A stretch of 64,000 nt of DNA from a virus: IMG/VR virus record IMGVR_UViG_3300049215_000481, positions 14,857 through 78,856 of that record; one strand, 5' to 3'. Below, one piece after another: positions 47,004-56,063 of this stretch; position 1 is the stretch's first letter, and each line of letters begins with the position of its first letter. A program made the translations under genes and the position numbers. The notes under the pieces are model-generated. The model was not told the DNA's origin and did not search any database. It saw nothing but the letters and a program-made list of their open reading frames with translations.

Positions 47004-47611
47004 CTTTCCGTTGGTGGGTGTGCGGTCATGTACCGCTGTCCCGTGTAGAGTTCGAATAGCGATTCATTCAACGGCTCGCCGAGAGCGAATGCCTTCTGCA
47101 GCGCGACCTTCCAGAAGTCGAGCGCCAGACGTGCTGCCGGCTGCGGGATGGCCGACCCCTTCTCGACCTCCACCTCCAGGAAGCGCCTCCCGTCGTTGGC
47201 AATCTCGCACAGAGAGACGCAGACGTCGTACGTCCCGAGGTCGCACACGCAGTGGTACTTGAAGTCGTGGACGTCACCCTTGCGCAGCGTGACGATGGGG
47301 GCCCAGCCCGTCTCGCGCAGGAACGCGTCGACGTCCTCCGGGGTGGTCTCCGGCCCAAACGTCAGGTCGATCTCGATGCGGTCTGCGGTGCTGTAGTTGC
47401 TTTTGCGCTTCTTGACCGTCAGCTCGCCCGCGCCGCCCTTGAGTCGGTGGCGGACGACGCCAGCCTGTCCGTTGATGTAGTAGACGTCCGTGTGCGATTG
47501 CCCGCTGCGGGTCGCGTAGGGTCGCCCCTCCTTGCACCAGTGGACGAACGCCTTGGTCGAGACGTGCGTGGCGTCGAACTTGTACTCGATCTCTGAGTGC
47601 TTGTCGGTCAT
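47000..47611 (-). CDS. CYTH (triphosphate tunnel) domain protein
   Basis: EIEYKF, DVYY, RHR, LTVK, RIEID, FLEVEV motifs. Confidence 0.85.
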   Translation of the reverse strand: MTDKHSEIEYKFDATHVSTKAFVHWCKEGRPYATRSGQSHTDVYYINGQAGVVRHRLKGGAGELTVKKRKSNYSTADRIEIDLTFGPETTPEDVDAFLRETGWAPIVTLRKGDVHDFKYHCVCDLGTYDVCVSLCEIANDGRRFLEVEVEKGSAIPQPAARLALDFWKVALQKAFALGEPLNESLFELYTGQRYMTAHPPTER

Positions 47612-48621
47612 GTGAAACTTCGCGTGAGCGCCTCGACCGCGTTCGCCATGTCGCGTGGTGCCAGCCCGAGAGACGCCCGGTACCAGCCAGGCTCCCGCTG
47701 TCCGAAGACGCTGCCGCGGAGCATGTGCACGTCCGCCTTCTTGAGGGCGCGCTCGAACGCCGGCTGTGCGTCGACCCTGATCTGGAACCACGCGAACATG
47801 CCGAGACCCTCAGGAGCGAAGCGCTCGACGATCTTCAGGCCGTACAGCCCCTCCTGCAGTGTGAAGTGGTTCATGTTGATGACCTGCGCAGCCGTCTCGG
47901 TGCTGACCGAGAGGTCGGTCGACAACATCCGTGCGACGAGCCGCTGCGACAGGTTGGAGACGCCAGACGTTGTCGACTCGACGAACATCGCCGCGCGCTC
48001 GGCGAGCTGTGGGTTCTCCGTCACGAGCCAGCCGACGCGCAGCCCGGAGACGCCCAGCATCTTCGACGCGGACTCGACCTTCACCTCCCAGGTGAATGGC
48101 TCCTTCCAGCGCCAGCCGTAGAGCGGACTGGCGTACGCCGCGTCCCAGATCTGGGTGTGCTTGGCGCGCTCGTAGTCCCAGCCGCAAGGGTTCCCGGGAG
48201 CCGTGAGGATGCGGCACACGTCCTCGGGGTGGTAGTTGGGCAGCGACTCCTCGTCGCGGATGAACGTCAGGAGCTGGTTGCGCGCCAGCGTCTCGAAGCT
48301 CGGCCAGTAGGGCCTCTTCGCGTACACGGCACCCAGGGCGACACCGCCTGGCATCGACGTCGCGTAGTAGTGCAACGCCGCTTCCAGCGCCTGCTTCGCG
48401 CCGTTCGCCACGACCACGTGCATGCCCGGGTAGCGTGCCCGGAGCTGCTCCAGCAGCTCAGGATGGCCTCCCAGCTCCGGGTACTGCAGGTCCTCCTCGC
48501 GAGCCGCGAGCCGCGGGATCTCCAGGCGCGCGGCCAGGATGCTCTGCAGGCAGTAGGGCTCCCCGATGGCGAGGTTGAACCCGGTGCCGCGCTTCTTCGC
48601 GAACGCGATGTCGTGGTTCAC
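47608..48621 (-). CDS. PLP-dependent aminotransferase class I/II
   Basis: NLAIGEP, NGAKQAL, PYWPSF, PGNPCG, WDAAY, SASKMLGVSGLRVGW. Confidence 0.88.
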   Translation of the reverse strand: MNHDIAFAKKRGTGFNLAIGEPYCLQSILAARLEIPRLAAREEDLQYPELGGHPELLEQLRARYPGMHVVVANGAKQALEAALHYYATSMPGGVALGAVYAKRPYWPSFETLARNQLLTFIRDEESLPNYHPEDVCRILTAPGNPCGWDYERAKHTQIWDAAYASPLYGWRWKEPFTWEVKVESASKMLGVSGLRVGWLVTENPQLAERAAMFVESTTSGVSNLSQRLVARMLSTDLSVSTETAAQVINMNHFTLQEGLYGLKIVERFAPEGLGMFAWFQIRVDAQPAFERALKKADVHMLRGSVFGQREPGWYRASLGLAPRDMANAVEALTRSFT

Positions 48622-48878
48622 AGACCCTTCATCGCAATGCGCTTCAGCTCGACCACCTTTGCTTCGAGTGCCGCCGCCTTGGTGAGCGCCGCCTTCTTGA
48701 CCTTCGCCACAGCTTCGGCGCGCGTCCCGAACGCGTCCGTGCCGATGCGCACGAACACGAACATCTGGGTGATGCCCGTGCCGGACTTGAAGTACGTGGC
48801 GTTCTGCCCCTGGACGACCTCGCCCTCCACTTCCAGGATGCCGCGGGTCTCCCACCACTTCGTGACGTAGGCCTTCAC
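48618..48878 (-). CDS. Hypothetical protein
   Basis: GAGGTG start; VKAYVTKWWETRGILEV. Confidence 0.6.
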   Translation of the reverse strand: MKAYVTKWWETRGILEVEGEVVQGQNATYFKSGTGITQMFVFVRIGTDAFGTRAEAVAKVKKAALTKAAALEAKVVELKRIAMKGL

Positions 48879-48879
48879 C

Positions 48880-49488
48880 TCACCACTCCAGGCGCAGCGA
48901 CAGGCCGCCGTCGAGGTGGGTGCTCGCCCAGGCGCCGATGAACAGCGGGCCAGCAAGGCGGCGCTCGACCAGGACGTTCGCCATCACGTGCTTCAGCGGC
49001 AGCGGCGACAGCAGGTTGAAGGGCTGCGCCCCCATCCCGAATGCGGGAGCGAACTCGAAGCCGGGCATCACCGCGAGCGACCACTGCGGCTTGGCGCGCT
49101 CGATCGTCTTCGTCACCTCGCGGTCGCGGTACACGACCCTGTCCTCGGTCTTCTTCTCCTCGCTCTTCGTCTTGTCCTGGATCTGCGAAGTGGATTCGGA
49201 CTTCGACTTGTCGTCGGTCGTTGTCGTGACGGTCACCACGCCGGTCTTCTCGTTCTTCGTGAGCACGCGGACGGTGTGCACGTCCTTCTGCGTGTTCAGC
49301 GTCTTGAGCGCGTTCAGGATGGTGTCGGTGTCGACGACGGAGAAGACCTTCTCCGTCTGGACCTCGTGGACCTTCTCCGTGACCACGGTCTTCTGCGGGG
49401 CCTCGTAGCGCCCGATGGCGTAGCCACCCGCCAGCAGCACGGCCGCCACTGCGGCCAGGATCGCGCGTTCCTTCATCGTTGCGTTCAT
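48880..49488 (-). CDS. Envelope protein with N-terminal TM, T/K/E-rich linker and beta-rich C-terminus (spanin-like candidate)
   Basis: AGGAGG SD; ILAAVAAVLLAGGYAIG; ends GGLSLRLEW. Confidence 0.6.
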   Translation of the reverse strand: MNATMKERAILAAVAAVLLAGGYAIGRYEAPQKTVVTEKVHEVQTEKVFSVVDTDTILNALKTLNTQKDVHTVRVLTKNEKTGVVTVTTTTDDKSKSESTSQIQDKTKSEEKKTEDRVVYRDREVTKTIERAKPQWSLAVMPGFEFAPAFGMGAQPFNLLSPLPLKHVMANVLVERRLAGPLFIGAWASTHLDGGLSLRLEW

Positions 49489-49524
49489 TCCAGGGTTCCT
49501 CCTTGGGCCCCTATAGCGAATCTC

Positions 49525-49890
49525 GTTCCTGCACATTGCAGGACCGTCAGGAACGAGGCGTAAACGCCACGCTGATGACATGGGTTGCACGTACTACTGA
49601 ACGCATGTTGCTGAAAAAATGCAGCGCGTCATGAACGTAACTACACGTAACTGTTACCAAATCTTGACACTCACTCGCACCTACACGGAATCACTGCAGT
49701 ATCTGTGTTGCAGCCGTTCCAGGTCACCTGTTACATTTTCCAGGTGACGTCACTTGCCAGTAACGCGGCCCTGCACTGTGCAGTCCCGCGCGGCCACAAG
49801 CCGCACTAGCGCAGCGCGTTAACCGAGCCCCGTTGCTGGCCCTTTGTGACGTTTCTGACCCGAACCACTGAACACCCGTTCAGCACACCC
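49525..49890. promoter_or_regulatory. Low-GC intergenic control region between divergent genes
   Basis: Repeated GTAAC/GTTAC, TTCCAGGT(C/G)AC x2, TGCA palindromes; TTGACA at 49664. Confidence 0.5.
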
Positions 49891-49907
49891 GGAAAGGAAC
49901 CTGGAAC

Positions 49908-51035
49908 ATGAAGAACACCGACCCTCGCGCACTGAACATCGTCAAGAGCTGGCTGACCGCTTGCGGCATCACCTTCCAGCCTGGACGCCACCCCCAGGCC
50001 GACCTCTTGGTCTGCAACGCCACCGGTAGCACCGTGGGCGTTTCAGTCTCGGTGAAGGGGAGCTACGTGGCGGACGACTCCATCGTCGTCGACGGCGCTT
50101 CGATCACTCACCGCGACCTGCGCAAGTCGCTCGAAGCGTTCCGGACGCTCCAGCTCGCCCTCGGCTACGACGCCGAGACGCCCGTGGACCGCGGGCCGAT
50201 CCCGAAGCGTCGTCCGTACGGCGACGACTTTGACCTGGTGGCGATGCGGCACTCGGAGTTCCGCCGCGCGCCGAACCCCGACCCCAGGCGCCTCCAGGCC
50301 TACTTCAACACCGTCGAGAGAGCGTCGTGGAAGTTCTTCCGTGCGAACCAGCGCCTGTGCGCTGACCAGATGCTCTCGGTCGAGGACCTGCGGACGTTCG
50401 CTCTCGTGTGGACGACCATCTACATCGGCCAGTACGAGATCCCCGCGGAGCGGGTCACGAACAACGACAACGAGCACCTGCTCTTCACGTACCTCGCGCA
50501 GCGCTTCGCCGAGTTCCGTACCAGTCTGATCCGCAAGGGCCGCAACGAGCTGCCCGTCCTCGACGCCGCCTTCATCGGCACGCGTGGTCGCCCCTACGAC
50601 TACAACAACAAGGCGGCATGGCAGGGCGCGGCCGGCGGCAGCGAGGACATCGAGTACATCGAGTCCTGCGACGAGCCGTCGGAGCGCATCAACACGAAGC
50701 TGTACCGTCGCGCCATCGACGAGGCGCACGACGACGAGCAGGAGGACACGGACTACGTCGCCCGTCACTGCGTGCTCGACGTGAGCAGCCCTGCCGCGCG
50801 CCGTACGTCGGCGACGGCGCTCTTGGAGACGCTGCTCGCGGGCCTGCCCCACGATCAGCTCATCCAGAAGCTCACGCTCGCGGCCGAGAGCGACCGCATC
50901 CACACGGACGCGCGCAAGGAGGCCGCCCGCCGGCTGCGCACCCACCAACAGCACTGCCCCACGTGCGCGGGTCTCGCGCTGCCTGTCAGCGCCGCCGACG
51001 ACGAGGACGAGCAGGAGGCTGAGACGGCGGCCTAG
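49908..51035 (+). CDS. Putative divergent sigma-factor-like protein (region 2-like core)
   Basis: Y..TVERASWKF...SVEDLRTFALVW....Y.....LLFTYLAQRF resembles sigma70 region 2; the only convincing + strand gene in the right arm. Confidence 0.45.
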   Translation: MKNTDPRALNIVKSWLTACGITFQPGRHPQADLLVCNATGSTVGVSVSVKGSYVADDSIVVDGASITHRDLRKSLEAFRTLQLALGYDAETPVDRGPIPKRRPYGDDFDLVAMRHSEFRRAPNPDPRRLQAYFNTVERASWKFFRANQRLCADQMLSVEDLRTFALVWTTIYIGQYEIPAERVTNNDNEHLLFTYLAQRFAEFRTSLIRKGRNELPVLDAAFIGTRGRPYDYNNKAAWQGAAGGSEDIEYIESCDEPSERINTKLYRRAIDEAHDDEQEDTDYVARHCVLDVSSPAARRTSATALLETLLAGLPHDQLIQKLTLAAESDRIHTDARKEAARRLRTHQQHCPTCAGLALPVSAADDEDEQEAETAA

Positions 51036-52078
51036 TAGTCGAACCGCTTGAAGTACACGAACAACCGGCCAGTCCGCACCCGCTCGGCGTTCAGGAACGA
51101 CTCGTAGACCTGCTCGCAGGTCATCTCACCGAGGTCCTTGAAGCCGGGCGGGGGCACCATCGTGTACACCTCAAGGCCCGAGAACTCCTTCACCAGCCGC
51201 GCAGTCTCGCGCGCGGCGTCCGGGTCGAGCGCGAGGTAGATGCGCTCGACCCCAGTGTTCTGCAGCAGCCCCACATCTAGCCGCGTGAGGCGCTGAGGGT
51301 CGCGGAGGGCCTCCACCTGGCCCTTGGTGACACCCTTGCCCATCGTAGCGATGTTGCCGCCGCAGAGGTGCGCCTTGAGGGCGTCGACGGGACCTTCGCA
51401 GACCACCGCGTGGCGCGAGCCCTTCAGGCGGTTGGCGAACATCACGGTGTGTGCGACGGGGATGTCCTTCGACGAGAGGACCTTCGCCGTCTCCTTCCAC
51501 TTCGACTCCTGCTCGTCCCACCACCGGTTGTCGACGACGAGACGGCCCTGCCAGCCTACGAGTCGGTCGTCCAGCTCGACCGGGAAGATCACCCGGCGCT
51601 CGATCGGAGAGAAGCGCAGGTGGTACTCCTTCGCCATCTCCAGGCTGATGCCACGACCGGCGAGGTAGTCCCGGCCGCGCTTCGCGAGCACGTGGTCGAT
51701 CTGGTAGTAGTGGTACGGGAACGTCCGCGTCGGGATGATCCGCGCGTCTGGGTCGACGTCCTCGCCTGTGCCGAAGAAGTCCGTGAACTGCAGGTCGAGC
51801 CGCTCACCGGCGGCGACGATCTGCGTGCCGTAGAGCAGCTCCCTGACCTCTTCGATGGGCCGGTACATCAGGTCGGCCAGAGCGAACTCGGGCCGACCTT
51901 GGTAGTTGTCGGTCTCCTTGCAGAACCAGCAGACGAAGCGCCCGTCGCGCTTCCGGATGTAGAGCTTGTCGCTCTTGAGGCACTTCGGGCAGTTGAAGAT
52001 GTACGAGACCGAGTTCTGTCGATACGACAGCCCGGCCTCGTCCAGTACTTCCTTCAGCTTGACGGGGTTGCAGCCCAC
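51032..52078 (-). CDS. DNA primase (Zn-binding plus TOPRIM)
   Basis: CPKC..CWFC; YLAGRGI; RVIFP..VGWQGR; VCEGPVDA; LALDPD; KDLGE. Confidence 0.88.
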   Translation of the reverse strand: MGCNPVKLKEVLDEAGLSYRQNSVSYIFNCPKCLKSDKLYIRKRDGRFVCWFCKETDNYQGRPEFALADLMYRPIEEVRELLYGTQIVAAGERLDLQFTDFFGTGEDVDPDARIIPTRTFPYHYYQIDHVLAKRGRDYLAGRGISLEMAKEYHLRFSPIERRVIFPVELDDRLVGWQGRLVVDNRWWDEQESKWKETAKVLSSKDIPVAHTVMFANRLKGSRHAVVCEGPVDALKAHLCGGNIATMGKGVTKGQVEALRDPQRLTRLDVGLLQNTGVERIYLALDPDAARETARLVKEFSGLEVYTMVPPPGFKDLGEMTCEQVYESFLNAERVRTGRLFVYFKRFDY

Positions 52079-52081
52079 GGA

Positions 52082-53200
52082 CTACTCGTCGTCGGTCTGG
52101 CCGCCCAGGCCGCTGTCCTCGCTGTGGTCCTGGTTGTTGTCGGCGAGGTACACCTGCTCCATGATGGCCCGCTGCAGCTCCATGTTGCCGTTGAGAGCGG
52201 CGAGCGTCTTCGGCTTGCCGACCCACTCCTCGTCGCGGAACGAGTACTTGAGCCCGTCCAGCTTGATGACGCCGAGGTTCTTGGCGAGCTTGAACACCTC
52301 CTCGTGGGTGTTGATGAGGCCCTTGCGGTAGTCCAGCGTGAACTCGGCCAGGCGACCCTTCGGACCGCACGAGCTGTCCTTCATGCGGACGCGGATCTTG
52401 TGCCCCGTCTGCTCACCGTTCTTCTCGTCGAGGCCGCTCTTGATGTCCGAGCGGAACTCCTGGCCGTCCATCGCGGTGCGCCCCTCGACGTTGCGGTTCG
52501 GCTCGACGTACGCGAAGTACTCCGCGTAGTGCTCGACCGCCTTCGGCATCTTCATCTTGAACTTGTTGCCGCGCTTCTGCTCGATCATGTCCATCTCGGC
52601 GCGGATCTGGCAGGTCAGGATGACGGCGAACTTGTGCTTGCGCTGCACCGGGAGGATGCGCTTGAAGCCGTCGCCGAGGGTGAGGGCCCAGTCACCGATC
52701 TGCTGGGTCTCGATGGTGTCCGCGTTCATCGCGCGGCGCCCCTGGATGCCGTCGATCGAGTCGATGATGACGAGCGCGAGCGGCATGCCGTCCTGGCAGT
52801 ACGCGTTCACGTCCTTCTCGACGTGGTCGAAGATGTGCATCGGCGAGTTGACCTCGTACGCCTGGTAGCGCGCGGGATCGATGCCGAACACCTCCTGCAG
52901 CTCCTCGGGCGTGGCCTGCGCCTGCTCGCGGAACTCGGTGTTGTACTTGATGACGATCGCGTTCGGGTCCTGCTGGTGCAGCCAGCCGGTGAACATGTTC
53001 GTGAGGAGCGTCTTGCCGCCTTTCGGAGGACCACCCAGCGCGAGCGCGAGGCTCTTCGGGAGGCCATGGCCCTTGCCGAACATGAAGTTGACCGACGGCG
53101 ACGCCGTGCGGATGACGTTCTCGGGGAGGTGCGGGTTGAAGCGGCCGACGACCGCGCCTTCGTGCTGTTGGAGCTTTGCGAGCCAGTTCTTCGTTGCCAC
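52082..53200 (-). CDS. RecA/UvsX-like recombinase
   Basis: GPPKGGKT Walker A; NTE; VIIDSI Walker B; QIR. Confidence 0.88.
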   Translation of the reverse strand: MATKNWLAKLQQHEGAVVGRFNPHLPENVIRTASPSVNFMFGKGHGLPKSLALALGGPPKGGKTLLTNMFTGWLHQQDPNAIVIKYNTEFREQAQATPEELQEVFGIDPARYQAYEVNSPMHIFDHVEKDVNAYCQDGMPLALVIIDSIDGIQGRRAMNADTIETQQIGDWALTLGDGFKRILPVQRKHKFAVILTCQIRAEMDMIEQKRGNKFKMKMPKAVEHYAEYFAYVEPNRNVEGRTAMDGQEFRSDIKSGLDEKNGEQTGHKIRVRMKDSSCGPKGRLAEFTLDYRKGLINTHEEVFKLAKNLGVIKLDGLKYSFRDEEWVGKPKTLAALNGNMELQRAIMEQVYLADNNQDHSEDSGLGGQTDDE

Positions 53201-53433
53201 TATGGGGTGCCTTTCATTGCTTCATCGATCATGTCGAGGTCGCCTCGCGCTTCCTTCAATGCCTTGCGCGACTTGATGGCGAGGCCGTAGAGCACGAACA
53301 TCGGGGTCCGGACTCGGACCGTGTGGTTGCTGTCGGCGACGCGGAAGCTGAAGGTCAGCCTCCCGTCCCACTCCTTCTCGACTTCGAGGAACGACGCCTC
53401 GTACGTCGAGACCGTCTTCTTGCGCCCGGCCAC
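53200..53433 (-). CDS. Hypothetical protein
   Basis: 77 aa ORF coupled to recA. Confidence 0.55.
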   Translation of the reverse strand: MAGRKKTVSTYEASFLEVEKEWDGRLTFSFRVADSNHTVRVRTPMFVLYGLAIKSRKALKEARGDLDMIDEAMKGTP

Positions 53434-53434
53434 G

Positions 53435-54022
53435 TCAGACCTTGGGGCGGCCGAAGCCGGGGAGGATGCGACCGCTCGACGGCGGCACAGATGCCGGCCG
53501 CGCGTGGATCGGGGCGCTCGTGTCGCCGGAGAGGTTCGTGTTCTTGCCGGCGTACGAGTAGGAGTCCTCGCCCATGATCTTCTTCACGGACGTGAACGAG
53601 TTCTCGAAGCTCTTCAGCTTGCCCTTCAGGTACTCGATGGCAGCGTCGAGCTGGTCGACGCGGTCCTGGAGGCTCTCCCGCTCCGGGTCGAGCTGGACGA
53701 CCGCTTCCCGCATGTCCGCCGACGACGGGACCCCGAGTTCCTTGAGCTTCGCCGGCACGACCTCCAGCAGGAGCCGCGCGCGCCTGTTGGCGACGTGCTT
53801 CTCCGCCTGGATCTTCTCCGCGGTCAGCTTGGTGACGAGCTGGTGGATGTCCCTCCAGCTCGTGTTGAATGCAGAGAGCAGCTCCGGCGCCTTCGTCGGC
53901 GTGACGGTTGCAACTTCCGCTTGGCGGGTCTCGGCGATGAGGATCGCGCCGAGGTCGATCATCCAGTCAGGTGCGCTCGGGTCGCCCGAGGGCACACTGA
54001 GAGTGGTCTCAGTTGTGAGCAT
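53435..54022 (-). CDS. Coiled-coil protein, possible UvsY-like recombination mediator
   Basis: Helical; SADMREAVV..DPE...IEYLK; lies between SSB and RecA. Confidence 0.45.
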   Translation of the reverse strand: MLTTETTLSVPSGDPSAPDWMIDLGAILIAETRQAEVATVTPTKAPELLSAFNTSWRDIHQLVTKLTAEKIQAEKHVANRRARLLLEVVPAKLKELGVPSSADMREAVVQLDPERESLQDRVDQLDAAIEYLKGKLKSFENSFTSVKKIMGEDSYSYAGKNTNLSGDTSAPIHARPASVPPSSGRILPGFGRPKV

Positions 54023-54041
54023 GGGTAGTCCAGACGCGAAA

Positions 54042-54068
54042 CGGGCCCGGAACTCGCGCTCCGGGCCC
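54042..54068 (-). terminator. Hairpin downstream of SSB
   Basis: GGGCCCGGA...TCCGGGCCC followed by GTTTCG on the - strand. Confidence 0.55.
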
Positions 54069-54080
54069 CTCGGTTGGGTG

Positions 54081-55247
54081 TTAGCCGGCCGCTTGCGCCG
54101 TCTGCGTGCTCATGAAGGCGAGGAACGCGTCCTCGTCCATCTCCATCGGGTTCGCACCCGCGGGAGCCGCAGCCTTCGCCGCTGCCTCGGCAGCCGCAGC
54201 TTCAGCGGCAGCCTTCTCGGCCGCAGCCTTCGCCTCGGCGGCCTTGCGCGCCTGGATCTCCTCCAGACGCTTCTGCAGCGCCGCCTGGTTGGCAGCCGCC
54301 GCGGGAGCGCCAGCGATGGGAGCGCTCGTGCTCGGCTTCACCGCCGCTGCCGGCGGAGTCGCCGCCGCGGGGGGCGTGAAGGCCTTCGGGGGCGTGAAGG
54401 CGGGCTTCGCCGGAGCGGAGGCCTCGTTGCGGTTGCTGCCCATGATGGCGTCGACGGCCTCGGGCGACCCGTCGCTGGCGACGAGAGCGGCGATCTGGTC
54501 GTACGTCAGCTCCTGGCCGCCGAACGAGCGCAGGTCACGGCACTCCTTGAGAGCGCGCTCCGCCTCTTCGTCCGTGATCGGCGCGAGCTTGATCTGCTGC
54601 CCGCCGACGACGCCGGGAATCGGCTCCGTGACGATCTCGACGCGGTCGCGCGTCTGCGCGCCGTCGCCGAGACGGTTGATGTTGAACCACACGCCCTGCT
54701 CGAAGTCGAAGGCGTCGATGCCCTGGGCCGCCAGCTCCTTGATCTTGGCGCGGATGCCCGTCATGTGGTCCTGGTTGTTGAGCTTGAAGGGCTCGAACGA
54801 CCGGTCCGGGCGCATCGTGTGCACGTAGTGCTTCGACTCCCGGTTGTGCGCCTTCAGCCAGTCGTTGATCGGCTGGAGCGCCGACTTCTTCTCGGCCTCG
54901 CTGACCTTCGCCTTCGTCAGCTCGGCGTCCTGCTCCTTGAGCGCGGCCTCGGCGGCCTCGATCTCGTCGCACTTCGGGCACGCCTGGAGGACCATCTTGG
55001 TGTTGCGGTTGAACACCTTGATGCAGCGGAACGGGCGGGGAATCGTCTTCCCGGGCTCGCGCGGGTTCGTCCCGTGGTAGCCCCAGTGGAGGGTGAGGTA
55101 GACCGACCAGTCACCGCTCTCCGCCAGCTCGTTCATCGGCGGCATGAGGCGGATGATGTTGTCACCCTTCTTGACCCCTGCTGCCTTCTTGAAGTTCCCG
55201 CCGCCACCCAGTTTGGGCTTTCCGAAGCCCGGTTTGTTGAATCCCAT
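54081..55247 (-). CDS. gp32-like single-stranded DNA-binding protein
   Basis: GDNIIRLMPP, HWGY, C...CPKC, FDFEQG.WF.I.R.G; Ala/Pro linker and acidic C-terminus (MEMDEDAFLAF). Confidence 0.7.
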   Translation of the reverse strand: MGFNKPGFGKPKLGGGGNFKKAAGVKKGDNIIRLMPPMNELAESGDWSVYLTLHWGYHGTNPREPGKTIPRPFRCIKVFNRNTKMVLQACPKCDEIEAAEAALKEQDAELTKAKVSEAEKKSALQPINDWLKAHNRESKHYVHTMRPDRSFEPFKLNNQDHMTGIRAKIKELAAQGIDAFDFEQGVWFNINRLGDGAQTRDRVEIVTEPIPGVVGGQQIKLAPITDEEAERALKECRDLRSFGGQELTYDQIAALVASDGSPEAVDAIMGSNRNEASAPAKPAFTPPKAFTPPAAATPPAAAVKPSTSAPIAGAPAAAANQAALQKRLEEIQARKAAEAKAAAEKAAAEAAAAEAAAKAAAPAGANPMEMDEDAFLAFMSTQTAQAAG

Positions 55248-55349
55248 TGCTGTTCTCGTTGCTCCTGCTTGTTCTGGTTTCACCGCTTACTGTGCGGCTC
55301 GTTCTGAAAGATTGCGTATAGCGAATCTCGACCGTTGATTTGCTAGCGG

Positions 55350-56063
55350 TTACTTGGTCTTGAACGACCGCGTCACGAAGTCTTCGTCCACCTCGGCATC
55401 CGGCGCGATCTGGACCTGCTTCATCTGGCGGAAGAGCTTCAGCAGATCCTCGTCGGTGGCGTTGAGCACGACCACGGGCAGCAACTGCCCCTTGAACTTT
55501 GCCGCCAGGGCCTTGCTCGTGACGACGGTCGCCACGAAGTTCATGTTGAGGACGTCGCCGCAGGCGTTGCGCACCAGCTCGCGGACGTAGTTGGTCGTGT
55601 CCTCGGCCGTCTTGACGATGCGGATGTCCTTCAGCTCGGGCGCGTTGATCGGGTCGATGCCGAGGTCCTTGACGAGCCCGTTGATGAGAGGCATCAGGCG
55701 GAAGAGCTGGTCTGACGTGAACTCCCGGCTGTTGCCGATCGTCGCGTCGACCGTCTCGGAGAGGCGGCTGTACAGCTCGCGCATGTCCACCGTGAACGTG
55801 CTGCCCACGTTCTCGGCGATCTCCGCGTACTTCTTGGTCTGCTCGGGCGTGCCGACCGGCACGAACGCGCGCGACTGGAAGAAGATGCGGCTCCGGTACT
55901 CCTTGGTCAGCTTCCCGAGGCTCTCCCGCGCCTCGTTCTTCGCCATCTCGAACGCCGCCTGCAGCTTGCGCGGCTTCGAGGAGATGTCGACGGCCAGGGT
56001 CTCCTGGGCCGCCGTGATGTCATTCAGGATCGCTTCCGACGTCCGCTTCTGTTCCGGCTTCAT
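55350..56063 (-). CDS. Hypothetical protein
   Basis: 237 aa ORF overlapping the end of dnaE-C. Confidence 0.7.
   Translation of the reverse strand: MKPEQKRTSEAILNDITAAQETLAVDISSKPRKLQAAFEMAKNEARESLGKLTKEYRSRIFFQSRAFVPVGTPEQTKKYAEIAENVGSTFTVDMRELYSRLSETVDATIGNSREFTSDQLFRLMPLINGLVKDLGIDPINAPELKDIRIVKTAEDTTNYVRELVRNACGDVLNMNFVATVVTSKALAAKFKGQLLPVVVLNATDEDLLKLFRQMKQVQIAPDAEVDEDFVTRSFKTK

Noticed and set aside
47054-47066. ATCGCTAT variant within the 3' end of the CYTH gene
   Set aside because: An imperfect match inside coding sequence; it cannot be told apart from chance
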